The notes below the pieces were generated by a model, which made no database searches, had not been told where the DNA came from, and was given only the letters and a program-made list of their open reading frames with translations. The position numbers and the translations under genes are program-made. Positions 29,023-43,417 of a DNA stretch of 64,000 nt are shown here, in pieces. The number at the start of each line of letters is the position of its first letter. Position 1 is the stretch's first letter. Source of the stretch: Chrysomallon squamiferum (Eukaryota > Animalia > Mollusca); assembly GCA_012295275.1 (NCBI GenBank), contig CM022679.1, positions 23,374,001 through 23,438,000 of the forward strand, in the 5' to 3' direction.

Positions 29023-29388
29023 GTTCCCTCTGTATATTATATTTTCTAATTTTCTCTCTGCTATTTTCGTTTCTCCTTCTTCGACGTCGTTGTCATCGTT
29101 GTCAACGTTTTAGTGACCGAATAGTTTATCGATGACTATCCCATCACATTATCTGCACCTTCGTCTTATTTTTATTCATGTGAGTCTCGCGACATTTCAT
29201 CGTAGTTAAGCTAAAATTAAGACGATTATGTTCATGTTAAATTGACGCTGTCATTATTGTTAGCTGTTAATTTAAAACCAAAATACGAACTTGTTTTTAC
29301 CACTGATATTTACTTTCTTACTTAATTTATGTATTTGTATTATTATCTAAGATATTTAATTAATTTGACATATTTGCTCTACTGTCAT

Positions 29389-29472
<84 letters not shown>

Positions 29473-29744
29473 CGTAGTTGTTATTGTTATTATTATTATG
29501 TATCACTGCTTCTACTACTACAACTACTATTTAAATTGCAATATTTTTATTTTAGGCATTTTTTAAATTTATCATAAATGATTTACTTTCAATTTCTTCT
29601 TATTTTTATTATTAATTATTTATTAGCAGTAATTATAGCAGTAGTAGTAGTAGTAGTAGTAATAGCAGTGTAGTAATAATAGTAATAGTAATGGTAGTAG
29701 TAATAGCAGTAGTAGTAAATATTTAAAAATAATAAAAAAAAAAA

Positions 29745-29787
<43 letters not shown>

Positions 29788-30289
29788 TAAATAAATAAAC
29801 AAACAAACAAACAAACAAGCAAACAAACAAAATATAAAAAACGTCCCATATTTACTTATGTACAAACAGATAATATTAATTACTGTTAACAAACAGACTT
29901 ATATTTAAGGCACCCATCACGTGTTAAATATATATATTTTTTTTTTTTTTTTTCTACAACCCACTCCGAGATGAAATTAGCAAAGCGTGAACCCAGTGAT
30001 CAGCCGATACTTAAATATCCAAGCCAGATAAATACAGACGTATGTGTAGTATACACACACACATGCGAATGGCGTCACATCCTCGATGGTTGCCATGACG
30101 CCAGGAATGTACCGATAATATACGAGTCACGGGCCCGTAACACTAGTGTCTACACACGAAAGTCGAAAAGGGTCATTTAACTCACGAATGCTATCTCGAT
30201 AATGCTGTTATCTGAGCCTGGAGCAAGTTATCCGAGCTTATGGAAGTTAAAGGCAGGCATTCGGTTCTCTTGACATTAAGCCGAGAACG

Positions 30290-30292
<3 letters not shown>

Positions 30293-30385
<93 letters not shown>
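30293..30385. repeat. (GA)n microsatellite
   Basis: Pure dinucleotide run. Confidence 0.95.
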
Positions 30386-30387
<2 letters not shown>

Positions 30388-30766
30388 AAGAAACACAAAA
30401 TAAAAAGGTAATCGATCAGTAAATTCGGCGTCCATTATTTTATTTATTTGTGTGTTTGTTTTGTTTTGTTGTTATTGATATTTTAAAACAATAACAGGCT
30501 TCATTTTTGATTCCCCATTGACTGTTTACATTAATATTCAATCTTTCTCATTTTTATTTTCTTCCTGCTTTTTTTTAAATTATTATTATTATTATTTATT
30601 TATATATATATATATATATAAATTTGTTTGTTTGATGTCGCCGTCATTGCTTCTTCATCGTGGTTGTTGACGTTGTAGTTAATAATCATCAATGAGAAAT
30701 CAACTGTTTATTTTTCACATAATTTCGCCATCGTTGCTGTTACTGTTGTTATTGTTGGAGAGGTAT

Positions 30767-30809
<43 letters not shown>

Positions 30810-31516
30810 TTTTATGTTTAAAATAAATTATATGACTTGAACTAGTTGTTTCTCTTCCTTTTACTTTTTAAGTCCATTATTACTCCCTTCTAATAATATC
30901 GTCGTCCTTGAAGTTGCAAATGCTGTAGTTGTTGCATTAATATTAATTTTAAATGGATAATAACACTAACAATCAAATGTTACTCTTATCATTATTATTT
31001 TCCGTTTGTTATTTATTTCACTACTGACGTCGTCGTTGTAGTTGCTGTCCTAGTTTGTGTAATAATTTAAAATTAGAAAATAACATTATCACCGTATGTT
31101 TCTCTTCCTCTTTCTATTTTATAATTCATTTCGCTAACGTCGTCGTTGTTCTAAGTTACTGACGGTGTTGTTGCTGCTGCTGTTGTTGTTGTTGTTGTTT
31201 TTGTTCATGTTGTTGTTGATGTTGTTGTTTTGTCGAACGTTCACTACTAATCACCGACTGTTTTTCTTCCAGAATTCTCCGCAAAGCTTATTATCGTTTA
31301 CGTTCGAGATAAACAGCTTTTGGTGCGATGGCGTTCAGTGAAGCATCCATTAATCTTAAAACCCTATCTATTTAAATTACACGATCGACATGTCTTAACG
31401 TTTCTCCCACGTTTATTCACGGACGTTCACGTCGGCGGCCATAATTAAAGAACGAGACAACGAGCGAAGCCGGCCTTGCTTTTGCCTCAAGCGTGAACCA
31501 GTGTGTTTGCGCGAGT

Positions 31517-31627
<111 letters not shown>

Positions 31628-31911
31628 TACATACAATTATTTGAAGAACGCGCACATATTTGGCTAAGTTAGGTGAACGCGTGTATGTGTCTTTGTTTGT
31701 ATTTGTCCTTTTTCTTTTTCTTTCTTTTTTTTTTTTTTTTTTTGTCAGATTGTGGACATGTGGCTTAAATTTGAGATCGTTTGACATTTAAAGCGTAGCA
31801 CGCGGTACGACACCAGTGCAAAGAACGTCATCGCGCAGGCGCATTCCAGTCGTCCGTGCAGAATAGCGGAAAACGCCTTCTCCGATAAAACACGAAGACT
31901 GCGAAAGTGCG

Positions 31912-31951
<40 letters not shown>

Positions 31952-33284
31952 AGAAGAAGAAGAAAAAAAAGCTATCGCAAATAACTGCGACGGCAATGGG
32001 AGATCCGTTCAAAGAGAAGTTCTTCTCGTCAGAGGGAAGAGTGACGCCACAAGTCATGCATCGCAAATTATCGTTCTCACACGTTAATAATGAGAGACAG
32101 AAATGATTGTGAATTTTACATTATTTATTAATTGTGAAACTCTGGGCGTGGCAGATAAACGAGGGGTTTGACAAAAGATGCGGAGTACAGCGGGTGCATT
32201 TCTTATTTTGGCAAAATAATAATTGTTTGTATGTTGTTGTTTTTTATTCTTTGTTGTTGTTTTTTTTTGTTGGGTTTTTTTGTTGGTTTTTTGTTGGCGT
32301 CTCTGTCAATTTATCTGTGTACTGAAACAATTACTCCGACTGTTTTGTGTTTTTTCTTTCTTTCATTCCTGTTTGTGGGGTTTTTCATTTTTATTTCGTG
32401 TGTGTGCGTTTTGTTTTTATTTAGTTAATTTTAGTGTTTATTATGTTCTTTATTATTACTTTTCTTCTTCTTATTTTATTTATTTATTATTCTGTTGTGT
32501 TTTGTGGTTGATTTTTTTTTGGGGGGATGCCTTTTTTCTTGAATTTTTTTTTTTATTATTATTTTTATTTATTTATTTATTTTTATTTTTTTTTTTTTTT
32601 TTTTTTGTTGTTAAATTGTTGTCATTCGTCCATTCACACCTCTTTTATTTATTTATCTGTCAACTAATAATTCGACTACATACTCATTTGCAAAGCAATA
32701 TAACAAAATGGACGAGTCTTTCTGCTGCAAGGGTCAAAGGTCATTTCCGCCTCTATCGCTGCGGTGTAATTTACATTAATCTGATTGTGAAATTCGTGCA
32801 GAAAAGGATTAACATGCCCGCAGCTGTTACAAAACTAGTGAAGTTTAGCTTTTCTTATGCAAATTAGCTTGTCTCGGGTCACTGAACTCGGTCACCGATT
32901 TTGCCCCCATTAAGACAGCGTGTATAGATATTATATACGTAGTGATTATTAAAAAAAATAATAATAACAAAAAAACAACAGTGTTGTGTTTATTCAGTTA
33001 GAAATTTAAATTAACATGCCAAGTGAATAGGATTAATTTAATTTAATGCATTAATTTTTTTTGCTTGGTTTTGTGTTTTGTGTTTACCTAAAATTTAAAT
33101 GGTAATAATAATAATAATAATAAAAATAATATAAAATAGCGGTGTTCTGTTTTTCGTTATGTAAACTTTAATTAACAAAATAATTGATTTGAATTTATTT
33201 TCCTTATTATGGATGGTATAAAATATCTGGTTGTCCATGTATCATCTTGTTCAGTGTGTGTATTACTCCTGATACAACTACTGT

Positions 33285-33344
33285 CGTTGCTGCTGTTGTT
33301 GCTGCTACCACTACTGCTACTACTACTACTACTACTACTACTAC

Positions 33345-33398
<54 letters not shown>

Positions 33399-33450
33399 CA
33401 TCATCATCATTGTTGTTGTTGTTTTTGTTATATTCGTTGTCGTCGTTGTT
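33285..33450. repeat. Compound trinucleotide microsatellite (GCT/CTA/TTA/TCA/TTG)
   Basis: Adjacent in-register triplet runs that mostly differ by one base. Confidence 0.9.
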
Positions 33451-34064
33451 GTTATGATTGTTATGCTATCATTATATTTTTGGTTCATTATTTTATAACA
33501 CTTAAAACTGTCTGCGTGATTGCTGGCACGTTTTGTTTTCAAAGCTACGATAATGTTATTTTAAACACATTCGCCTCTTTGTATAAAAAAAAAAATAATA
33601 ATAATAATAATAATAATAAATAATAATAATAATAATAATAATAAAGAAAGAAAGAAAGAAAAAAAAAATATCGTAACAGTCGACCGATTTTAAATTATTT
33701 TGTTGATATGAATCCGTTCGGTCGTACCTATTTCACACAGCCAATAATGTTTGGCCCGCTGCCAAAATCCAACTCGATCGCCTACGAGCGACGCTGCTAC
33801 GCAGGGTCAACGAATTTGCACGCTAGACTGAGACAAAAAGCGAAGCACAAGAAAGTAAATACGATATACCGGCGTATTGCGAATCTTTAAAAATACATTC
33901 GGCTTGCAGTCGATTCATGTGCGTCATTAGGATGTTAGGAAAGGTGGCTTGAACCCGAAAACTAAATAACTGCAGGTAACCTCAAAGAAACCGTGGCTAT
34001 GCCCTATCACATTTACGGCACCGTAAATAACGAAGAAAATTAAACCTTAAATCAATTTCTTTCT

Positions 34065-34096
<32 letters not shown>

Positions 34097-34205
34097 CTGG
34101 AACCGTGGCTGAGTTTTTGTAAACTACAGAAATAAATAATTGCTGGTTGGTGGCGAAAGCGAAATCGATTGTATGTTGTAACAGGAGTGTCTTTTTATCT
34201 ACGAC

Positions 34206-34207
<2 letters not shown>

Positions 34208-34285
<78 letters not shown>
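34208..34285. repeat. (GA)n microsatellite
   Basis: Pure dinucleotide run. Confidence 0.95.
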
Positions 34286-34289
<4 letters not shown>

Positions 34290-36744
34290 AGTTATTAAAT
34301 TATAATTACGACAGCAACAACAACAACAAAGAGTGTTCGGGATTAACGGGTGCAAATCGTTACGCATCACCATCAACAGCAATATTTTTCCCATATGCTT
34401 TTGCTAATAAATGAAAATGTTGTTTATTTTTTCAACAAGAATATTGTAGTTGCGTCTTTCAAGGTATAACGGAAAAGGTTATCGGCTTTCGCCTAGAATA
34501 ACTGAACAAAAGCCTGCTTGAAATCTACGAAAAACCGTTTCGTTTCAAAACGATCAATTTCTTCGCTTGATTTTTATTTTTATTTTTTTTTTTTTTTCTC
34601 TCTCTCTCTTTCTTTTTCTTTTGTTCATTTTCCCGAAATTGATCTTCTACGTAAGAAGATTATCCCGTTATTTTCGCTGAAACGAAAACTGGACCAGTGC
34701 CAAGATTTAAAGACAGAGAGCGTCTCTTTCTCCTACGGTGCAATTTATTTCTTTTAACTATGAAGCCAGGAGGGCGGTATAATACTTCGTGTACTCGAAG
34801 GAAGAGAAGAAGAAAAACAGAAGAGAAAAAAGAGAAAATCATTTTCTTCTGTGAAGAATTTGGACGATGCTGGAATCGAGACTTAAGGCTAAACTTGATT
34901 CTTTTTCTGCAGCTAATTTGAAATATACGGAACCGTATCCGGAGATTTTTAACGATAAAATAATTTCGTAAATTAAAGTCCGGAAATTGAATATTTAAGC
35001 ACAAAACAACAACAACAACAACAACAACAACCACCACCACCACCACCACCACCACCAACCAACAAAACAACAACAACAACAACAACAATAATAATAATAA
35101 TAATAATAATAATATAAATAAACGTGACTGTTTTGGATATTAACTAACCAGATCGTACTTAATAATTTCTCTGTGACATAGTTTCACTGAAATAATAACG
35201 GTTACACGAAATGGATGATCAATCGATCAATTAATCAATATTTGTTTCACGACTCTCGGTGTATGTTCTCGTTCATTTTGTGTCAGACTTTATTTTAGTC
35301 TATTAATGAGAGCAGAAAAGAAAAATCGCTAAGCTATTCTAGGATTTTTTAAATTTATTATTAATTTTGTTATTATTATTATTTGTTTTTATATATATAA
35401 TTTATTTTAGTATTTTTTTAATTTTAATATATATATATATAAATTTTTAATCTTTTTTTTTTTATAAATCCATTAACAAGGATCTTTGATAAGCACATGC
35501 ATATTTGCATTAAATTAAATTAAATTAAACAAAATAAGCAAACTAACACATTTATAAGTATATGTAGCAAATAAAGAAACAAACAAACAAAGTAGCAAAC
35601 AAACAAACATATAAATAAATAAGTAAATAAGTAAATAAATAAATAATAACAACATATGTTTAACATTGACTGATCAGGCTGGTGCTATGAAATGTAAATT
35701 TGTAAATATTTTGAAATGAACATTGAAAACAATAGCAACATCTGCATCATTCTGTTTCCATCATAGTAAATTATAAAAAAACATTTCTATCCAAAGTAAA
35801 CTTACAAATTTATACTAAATAAACTTTTCTTCCTCTGTATTCCTGTATTTAATTTTGTTTAATTTTAATCATAATTTAATTAATTATTATTATTTTTTTT
35901 TTAATTTAAAAAAATAATAAACCCACCAAAAAAAAAAAAAAAAAAACGTTTTAATTATTATTTTTATTTATTTATTTGCTTGTTTGTTTGTTTTGTTTTA
36001 TTTTATTTTATTTTATTTTATTTTATTTTATTTATTTATTTATTTTTTTTTTTTTTGTTCTTGTACTTGTTTCATATTGTTTTGTTTTGTGTTTATTTGA
36101 TTATTCTGCAGCTCTCCATTGATGACACGTGGGTTGGTTCTGTAACAGTTTCATTGTTATTTTATGTAAATTAATATAACTGATTAAATTATTTATTTAT
36201 TTATTTATACTACTCTCAAACCTTTATTAACGTAATATACAAAATCGATTAAAAAAAAGAAATAGCTTTAATAATTGTGAATTTCAACGTGTTTGTGTGT
36301 CTGTATGTATGGCTGTCTATGTGTGTATTTGTTTTTAGTTGGGTTTTTTAAAATTATTTATCTGTCTATCTATCTAAGCGAATGTGAGCAAGTATGCGTG
36401 ATTATATGTCTATGTGTGTATCTGTCTATCAGTCTATTTATTTCACTGTTTTTTATTTTGATATTTACAAAGTAAATTAGTACACAGAATCAGTTTATGT
36501 ATATATTTACTTATTCATATTTTTCTATAGTTTATTTTGCTTTGTTTTGTTTTTAAATTTGTTTCCATATATATATTATTTTATCGTATAATTTCAAATT
36601 TTGTTCTATAAATTCATATATTTTTTCCATTTTAATTTATTTTATATTAATGTTTTTGTTGTTGTTGTTGTTGTTGTTGTTATTATTATTATTATTACGA
36701 AATACCGGCTGCACATAACCTTTTTTTATTTTAGAACGAAATAT

Positions 36745-37035
36745 AGATCAGTGGTTAGAGTACTCGTCTTAGACGTGATTGGGTTTATAACCTAACATCA
36801 TCGAATTTGCCATTTTGCTATTTCTCGTTCCCGAAAGTGCTCCGCGATCTTTTCAAATTTGATAACAGTATTACGAAAGATGCTTATAAAGGAACCCTTG
36901 CTGTTAACAAATGACTAGATCATTCACTGACGGAAACGTGTTTCCTCTCTCAAATCATCATTTAAGCATAGAAGCACATAAAAATATTATGCGGTACCTA
37001 ACAACGGTTAAGTCGCTATTAGACATCAATTTCCA
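36745..37035 (+). mobile_element. Degenerate tRNA-derived SINE (gastropod Meta-domain-like family)
   Basis: A-box-like CAGTGGTTAGAG head, then GCTATTTCTCGTTCC..AGTGCTCC, TATAAAGGAACCCTTGCTGTTAA and GTTTCCTCTCTCAA in the order I recall from abundant gastropod SINE consensus sequences. Not database-verified. Confidence 0.55.
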
Positions 37036-37339
37036 TCATTCTTCTGACGTCAAAATCAAAAGACATTAAATAGTTTTCTTTCGATAACCACAGTTATTCG
37101 TTTGCTGGGCTTATCGAACTACTACGGAAGGCTAATTTCAGTGCAGCACTGTACTACATATCACTGAAATAGACATGAAATTAACCTCTGACGTAGATAC
37201 ATTCCAAAGAGACAATGTAACGTTGAGTGATGGAATTTGATTCGACCGTTAAACACGGATGCTAAATCGACATAAATGTGGGAATCATACAGGGGGGATA
37301 GGACGGAAAACATTAACTAGATACATCAACTGAGATGTC

Positions 37340-37383
<44 letters not shown>

Positions 37384-38161
37384 CGAACAAAAATGGAGGA
37401 GTGGCTTGTGTATTTATATTGGTTGAAGTATTGTTTGTTATTATTGTTATTATTCTCTAGACATCACTTCAGATTCAAAAAAAGAATTTACGTATATATA
37501 TATATATATATATATGTTATGTGATGTCAATATTGTATGTATGCATGTGTATATGCATTTTGTATGTATATACATATGTATATGAATGTTTGTATATGTA
37601 TGTGTCTATGTTTGTATGTATATGTGTATATGTGATGTATGTATGTATAAATGTAAGTATGTACAGACACATTTAATACAGTTTATAAACAGAGAGATAT
37701 AAATAGATGGTTAGACAGACAAAGAGATAGACAGAGATAGTTATAGAGGGAATGACATACAGACAGACAGAAAGACGGATATTTACATAGATAGAATTAT
37801 ATATGGATAGCTAGACAGATAGGCACATATATATAGATAGATGGCGAGAGAGATAGATAGATAGATATACAGACAGGGACAGCCAGACAGACATACATAT
37901 AGATAAACAGACTGACAGATAGATATCTAGACACAAAAAACACGTGTAATCATTCGTACTTGCTCACATTACTCAACATAATTAAACACTGAGTAAATGC
38001 TGTTGGTTTAATCGAACTGTAACGAAGTTGATAAGAAATATCAATACACATGATTTGTCATGTGAGACAGAGAATGACAGAGAGGAGGGAGAGTGTAAAG
38101 GGGATATACTGAATCGCTCGAGCTTGAAAATTAATACCAAACAATGATAGCAAATATTAAG

Positions 38162-38194
<33 letters not shown>

Positions 38195-38305
38195 GCTCGA
38201 GCGATTCAATATATCCCCTTTTCACTCTCTCTCTCTCTCCCCTTCCCGTATATATATATATATATATATACGTTCTTATATAATAGTTTATATAATAGTT
38301 CTTTG

Positions 38306-38338
<33 letters not shown>

Positions 38339-39121
38339 GTCTTTGTGTTCATTTTACTAAAAATAAATTTAAAAAAATAAAAAATAAAATAAACATTGTG
38401 ATGATTATCCAGTATCGGCTCCGCACGTCATGAAGAAATGACAGACGTGAACTATTTATTCAATATGCATTAAATTTAGATTTATGACCTACATCGTTTT
38501 GATATGTACACATATGCATGATGTGGTACGTATATATTTTTTTATTTACCACACATGTGTGACGTATGTTAAAGCTGTAATATCAATATTATTATTTCTT
38601 CGGTACTGCAGATTTGTTAACACTATTGTAGATTTGTTATAATAAAGTAGATTTGTGCACATTGTTATAGTATTGTGGATTAGTTTGCATTATTACTGTA
38701 ACGACAAGTACTGTCATATTTACATTTAAAAAGCCAAAACAATAAACAAATAGTTAATTCGGGATGATAGTCTTAGTTGCAGTGTATTTCATTTACTTTA
38801 GGCTATTTTCAAAATAAAATATTATTCTTGTCCTCAACTAAATTAATAGACACATTTAACAATTTCGTAAAAGAAGATAATCTGTTTTTATCCGTAAATC
38901 CTATTGGTATTAAACTGAACGCTATAAAATATGATACCGTAATACCCCTAGACTCCAGACTGCGTCTAACGATACATTTATGCTCACCTTTATTTAGGTA
39001 TAATTATACATACGTATTCGATGTTTTCGATGTAACCTGCCTCATTCTATATCAATTAAAAACAAATAAATATATTTCTATTAAATCAGATATTACTCTA
39101 TCCATCTGAAGTTTCGAAAAT

Positions 39122-39155
<34 letters not shown>

Positions 39156-41772
39156 ATTATTTGTATAACTTCATAGACGAAATCGGTTTTATCTCTGCAT
39201 ACTGATAGCCTGAAGGTTTTTCTTACAAATTAACCCAGCAGACAATTTATATTTGATTCTGAAGAATTTCGGATAAGGGATAGACAACGCATACCACTTC
39301 GTCCGCAGGATAAACCGATAGTGCTTCTTTAATAATGTTAAGTTCGATTTCCACATTATGCAGTGAAAATATGTTTCCATCACAGTATATTTTGAAAATA
39401 TAGATTTTGTAGCCTAAAAGTAGAAGAGATTTTTTTTTTATCGCAAACTTGATATGCCTAACGTAGGTTCATGCATAAAATTCTTTTAAGCATTTTATAA
39501 TAAATATTTTACAATGTGTTTGTTACCGATTATTAAATAAATATGGTACAATGAGTGTCATTTTAACTACGACGTGAATAGATATTTAAATATAAATACA
39601 TTATATCTATACAAATATATACCTAAAATATATATATATATATATATATATACATACATACATACATACATACATACATACATACATACATACATACATA
39701 CATAATATATAAAAGTAGTGGACCAAAGTTAAGTAAACAAACAAATTAAGCACCAGGAAAATAAGCAGACAAGAAGAGTGATATCACTAATCCTAATTTC
39801 AGCCAGGTTTTCATCGCCGAGCTCAAGTTTCGAACAAAATATTTCCCGAAGCTGTTTTGTTCAGCATTCTTTGTGTAACGTTGTGAGAGCGGGCCTCTTT
39901 TAAAAGGGAGGAATTTACATATCTCCTGAAAATAGACCGAGATTGTGTTGCAACGCGTAACAGCTTTAGTGGCAAATGCGGCAGTGACCTAATACCAGTC
40001 TTAGTAAGATCTATCTTTTTAACTCCCAGACAAAGGAAAAAGGAAAAAAAAAAAAAATCAAACAAAGGATGGCAATGATTCATCTACAGTTAATTTGCTT
40101 GTCTTTTATTATATATCCATATTTGGGTTGTTTATATGGAACAGTAATGTATGTAAGCATGTATGTGTGTTGGGTATGTATGTATTAATCATGCATTACA
40201 AAGCAAAATAAACAAACGAGCGCAAAGAAGACAGGATCCTGAGAGCTACCAAGCTTCACAGCAAAGCCTCTGAACGAACACACAATCCTGTCATTGTTTA
40301 ATATCAATCGCAGATTTCGTCTTGTTTTCCCGGTACATTTTCCTGAGTGCGGAAATAACATGGATTCCGTCGTCAGAAGTCACTGTCACGGAATTACGAA
40401 TGACCTGGCTGGACAGTTTATCTGTTACCTTCCTCCCATCCATCTCCCTGGCACCGCCTCAGACAAGCGGGTTTGATGATGCTGGCTGGAAATAAACCTC
40501 GGCGTGTAAACACTTAGCATATTCTTTCCGTCCGCTTCAGCGTGAACGTCACTTGCTGAAACCGGACATTCTAAGTGATTATATCCGTGTTATTGTTTCT
40601 ATGTTGCGTTTCACAGAAATATTCTTACACTGACACAATTATAAATAAACAGGCATGTTAATCTGGGTGTAAGTCTGTTTGTCTTTCCGTTGTTTTTTTT
40701 TTTTTTGTCTGTTTATCCGACTATCTATCTGTCTATCCATCCATTCCTCCATTCTCTATCATTATATATGAATATATCTGTATGTCTATCTATTAATAAT
40801 CCAAATATATCTATTCATCCATCTATCCATCTGTCTATTTTTCCATCCATTCATCCGCCAGCCCATCCATTTCTGTCTCCATCTAAATCTACATCTGTTC
40901 CTCCTATCTCTACATTTATGTTTATCTGTCTGACTGTTTATCGTTTTCCTCTGTAATTATTTGTGTACATTTGGCTGAACATAGGTGCATATACACACAG
41001 ACATATGCAGAGAAGAAAGAAGACAAAGCGTGAAAATATACGTTACGTAATTAGCATCATATCTTTAGCTTTCTTTTCTCATCTTATATTAACTTAATCT
41101 TTTAGTTTCAGTTTTATTCTTCATTTTTTTATTGTTTTTTTTTTTAAAATTATTTTTATTTATTTTTTATTTTTTTATTTTTTAAATTATTTTTTATTAT
41201 TATTTTTTTTTGTTTCTGTATTTTTTGTAATTTTTGTAATTTTTGTAAATTTTTTATGAAACTGCTCACGCTAAGCTGCTAATCAAACACGGGAAATGAC
41301 TATACAGATACGCTTACTCATTAACTCGCCATTTTCCGACAGCATTGATAAAACAGATGGGTCTCGTTTTAGAACCCAGTCGGCAATTTTCGTACGCCCG
41401 CTGTGTGAAGCCGCGAAGGAAAATGGCCTTACGTAACACACCGGCGCTAGTTACGTCAAACGCCGAACAATCGGCCATAAAACGATATGTGGTAATCAGT
41501 AAATCGTACCGACACATGACGTATATACTTTTAAAGACGCAATATCCTGTTTCTTTTTAAGTGTTCTAAGTAGTTTATTGTCTTGTCAAGAAAGAACTGT
41601 ATATATATATATATATACACTCTTTTTCTTTTTTCTAAAGAAATCTTTTTTACGCATTGCTGCATAAACTGTTATTCGAAATGGCGGTTTTGAATACACA
41701 GGCCACCTAAAGAGCCCCGCGTGGGTATAACTTAGTAAGACAAAAGAAGAACTGAAAAACGTGGAAAATATT

Positions 41773-41774
<2 letters not shown>

Positions 41775-41857
<83 letters not shown>
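41775..41857. repeat. (AAT)n microsatellite
   Basis: Pure trinucleotide run. Confidence 0.95.
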
Positions 41858-43338
41858 TTCAAATAAATATACACATAATACAGACAAAACGACTGAGTTA
41901 TTGTTTTCTTTTTCTGTATTTCAAATACTTAAAACTCCACATATATATACACCATTCTTTAATTCAATTATTATTATTATTACCATCTTCTACAACGTCG
42001 ACGTCGTCAACGTCACCTTCATGCTACCATCAAACAGCGTTTCGGCTATTAAAAATTTAAGCTCTCGGAGCTAGAACTAATTTCAATATGGCGTCCTGCC
42101 GAAAACCGAGTTGAGCATGTAACTAAATCATCGTGTGTTCCGATAATTCCCGAAGCAGCACGATAATGTCATTAACATAGGTTACATCGGTTCACGGGTC
42201 AAACTCCGCCTCGTCTATCTATTTAAGCTTCAGTCGCTTTTTGTCCGACCCAGAACCGGAGTCAGTAAATTACCGGTGGCTAGGGCGGTTCCACAGGTAC
42301 AGGAGGGTTGGTGCAGGTGTGTTTAGATTTTTTTTTTTTTTTTTTTTAATTATTGATGATAGCCGATGTTATAATGTTAAGACGTTAATAATGATTATGA
42401 TAGTGATGATTAGGATGATGTCGATGGTTATTTTCTTGCTAATTTAATAATCATTTTATTTAATTTAATTTTATCTTTGTTTCATTTTTTTTCTTTATTG
42501 ATTTTTTTTTTATTTTATTTAATTTGTTTTTCAATTTATTTCTTTATTTGTTTTTATTTGGGGGGGGTTGTTGTTTTGTTTTGTTTTTTTATTTATCTAT
42601 TCATTTTATTTTTCCGTGGAAAAATGTGACAACTAAAAAAATTTACCAAAACGTTTTTTCATATTATCATTATTATTATTATCGTTGCTGTTGCTGCTGT
42701 TGCTATTATCGTTGTCGTTATCAATATTATTTTACAATCAGGAATAAGTCCCCCTCCACACACACACACATTTCGTCAGAATCTACGTGGCCCTAACGAA
42801 GATATTATATCCTCTCCTGAGGCAATGAAAACATTTCTCTCTCTCAAAATGTTTATTTTCCCTGCTGATAGATTTGGTTGACCAAATGTTAAACATGTTC
42901 CAAATATTTCCTTGCAAGAAATAGCGCTTCCTATTGAAGTATATCCGTCAGAGGTGTGCCGTTGCTTAGCAACGCCTGTTTTTACGGTGCCGTGTTATGC
43001 TACAAAGAACTCAAATTATCCGTACATCCCCCTTACTCGGTTTACGCAAATAATGAAATTTATACGGAAGTGATGTTTAAATTTTTCTGAGTATTATCTA
43101 CGTGAAAATGAAATTAATTCCACAGGATTCTAATTTTTTTTTTTTTTTTTTTTACGATTATTATTTGGTTTTAATGTATTTAGAAGTTCGCAGAAAAAAA
43201 AAAAAAAGTTGAAACAAAACAAAAGTTTGAGATAGTATGTAATTAAGACAAAGAATGTTACTGAAAATTCAATATAATTTATTATTGTTATTGTTATCAT
43301 AATCATTGTCAGTATAAAAAGTTTATTTTATATATATT

Positions 43339-43417
<79 letters not shown>

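Noticed and set aside
32223-32867. 214-aa Phe/Leu-rich ORF
   Set aside because: Translation of T-rich low-complexity spacer; no domain features.
38777-39383. CpG-poor stretch with short ORFs, possibly a decayed LINE
   Set aside because: No RT or endonuclease motif could be read in the frames examined.
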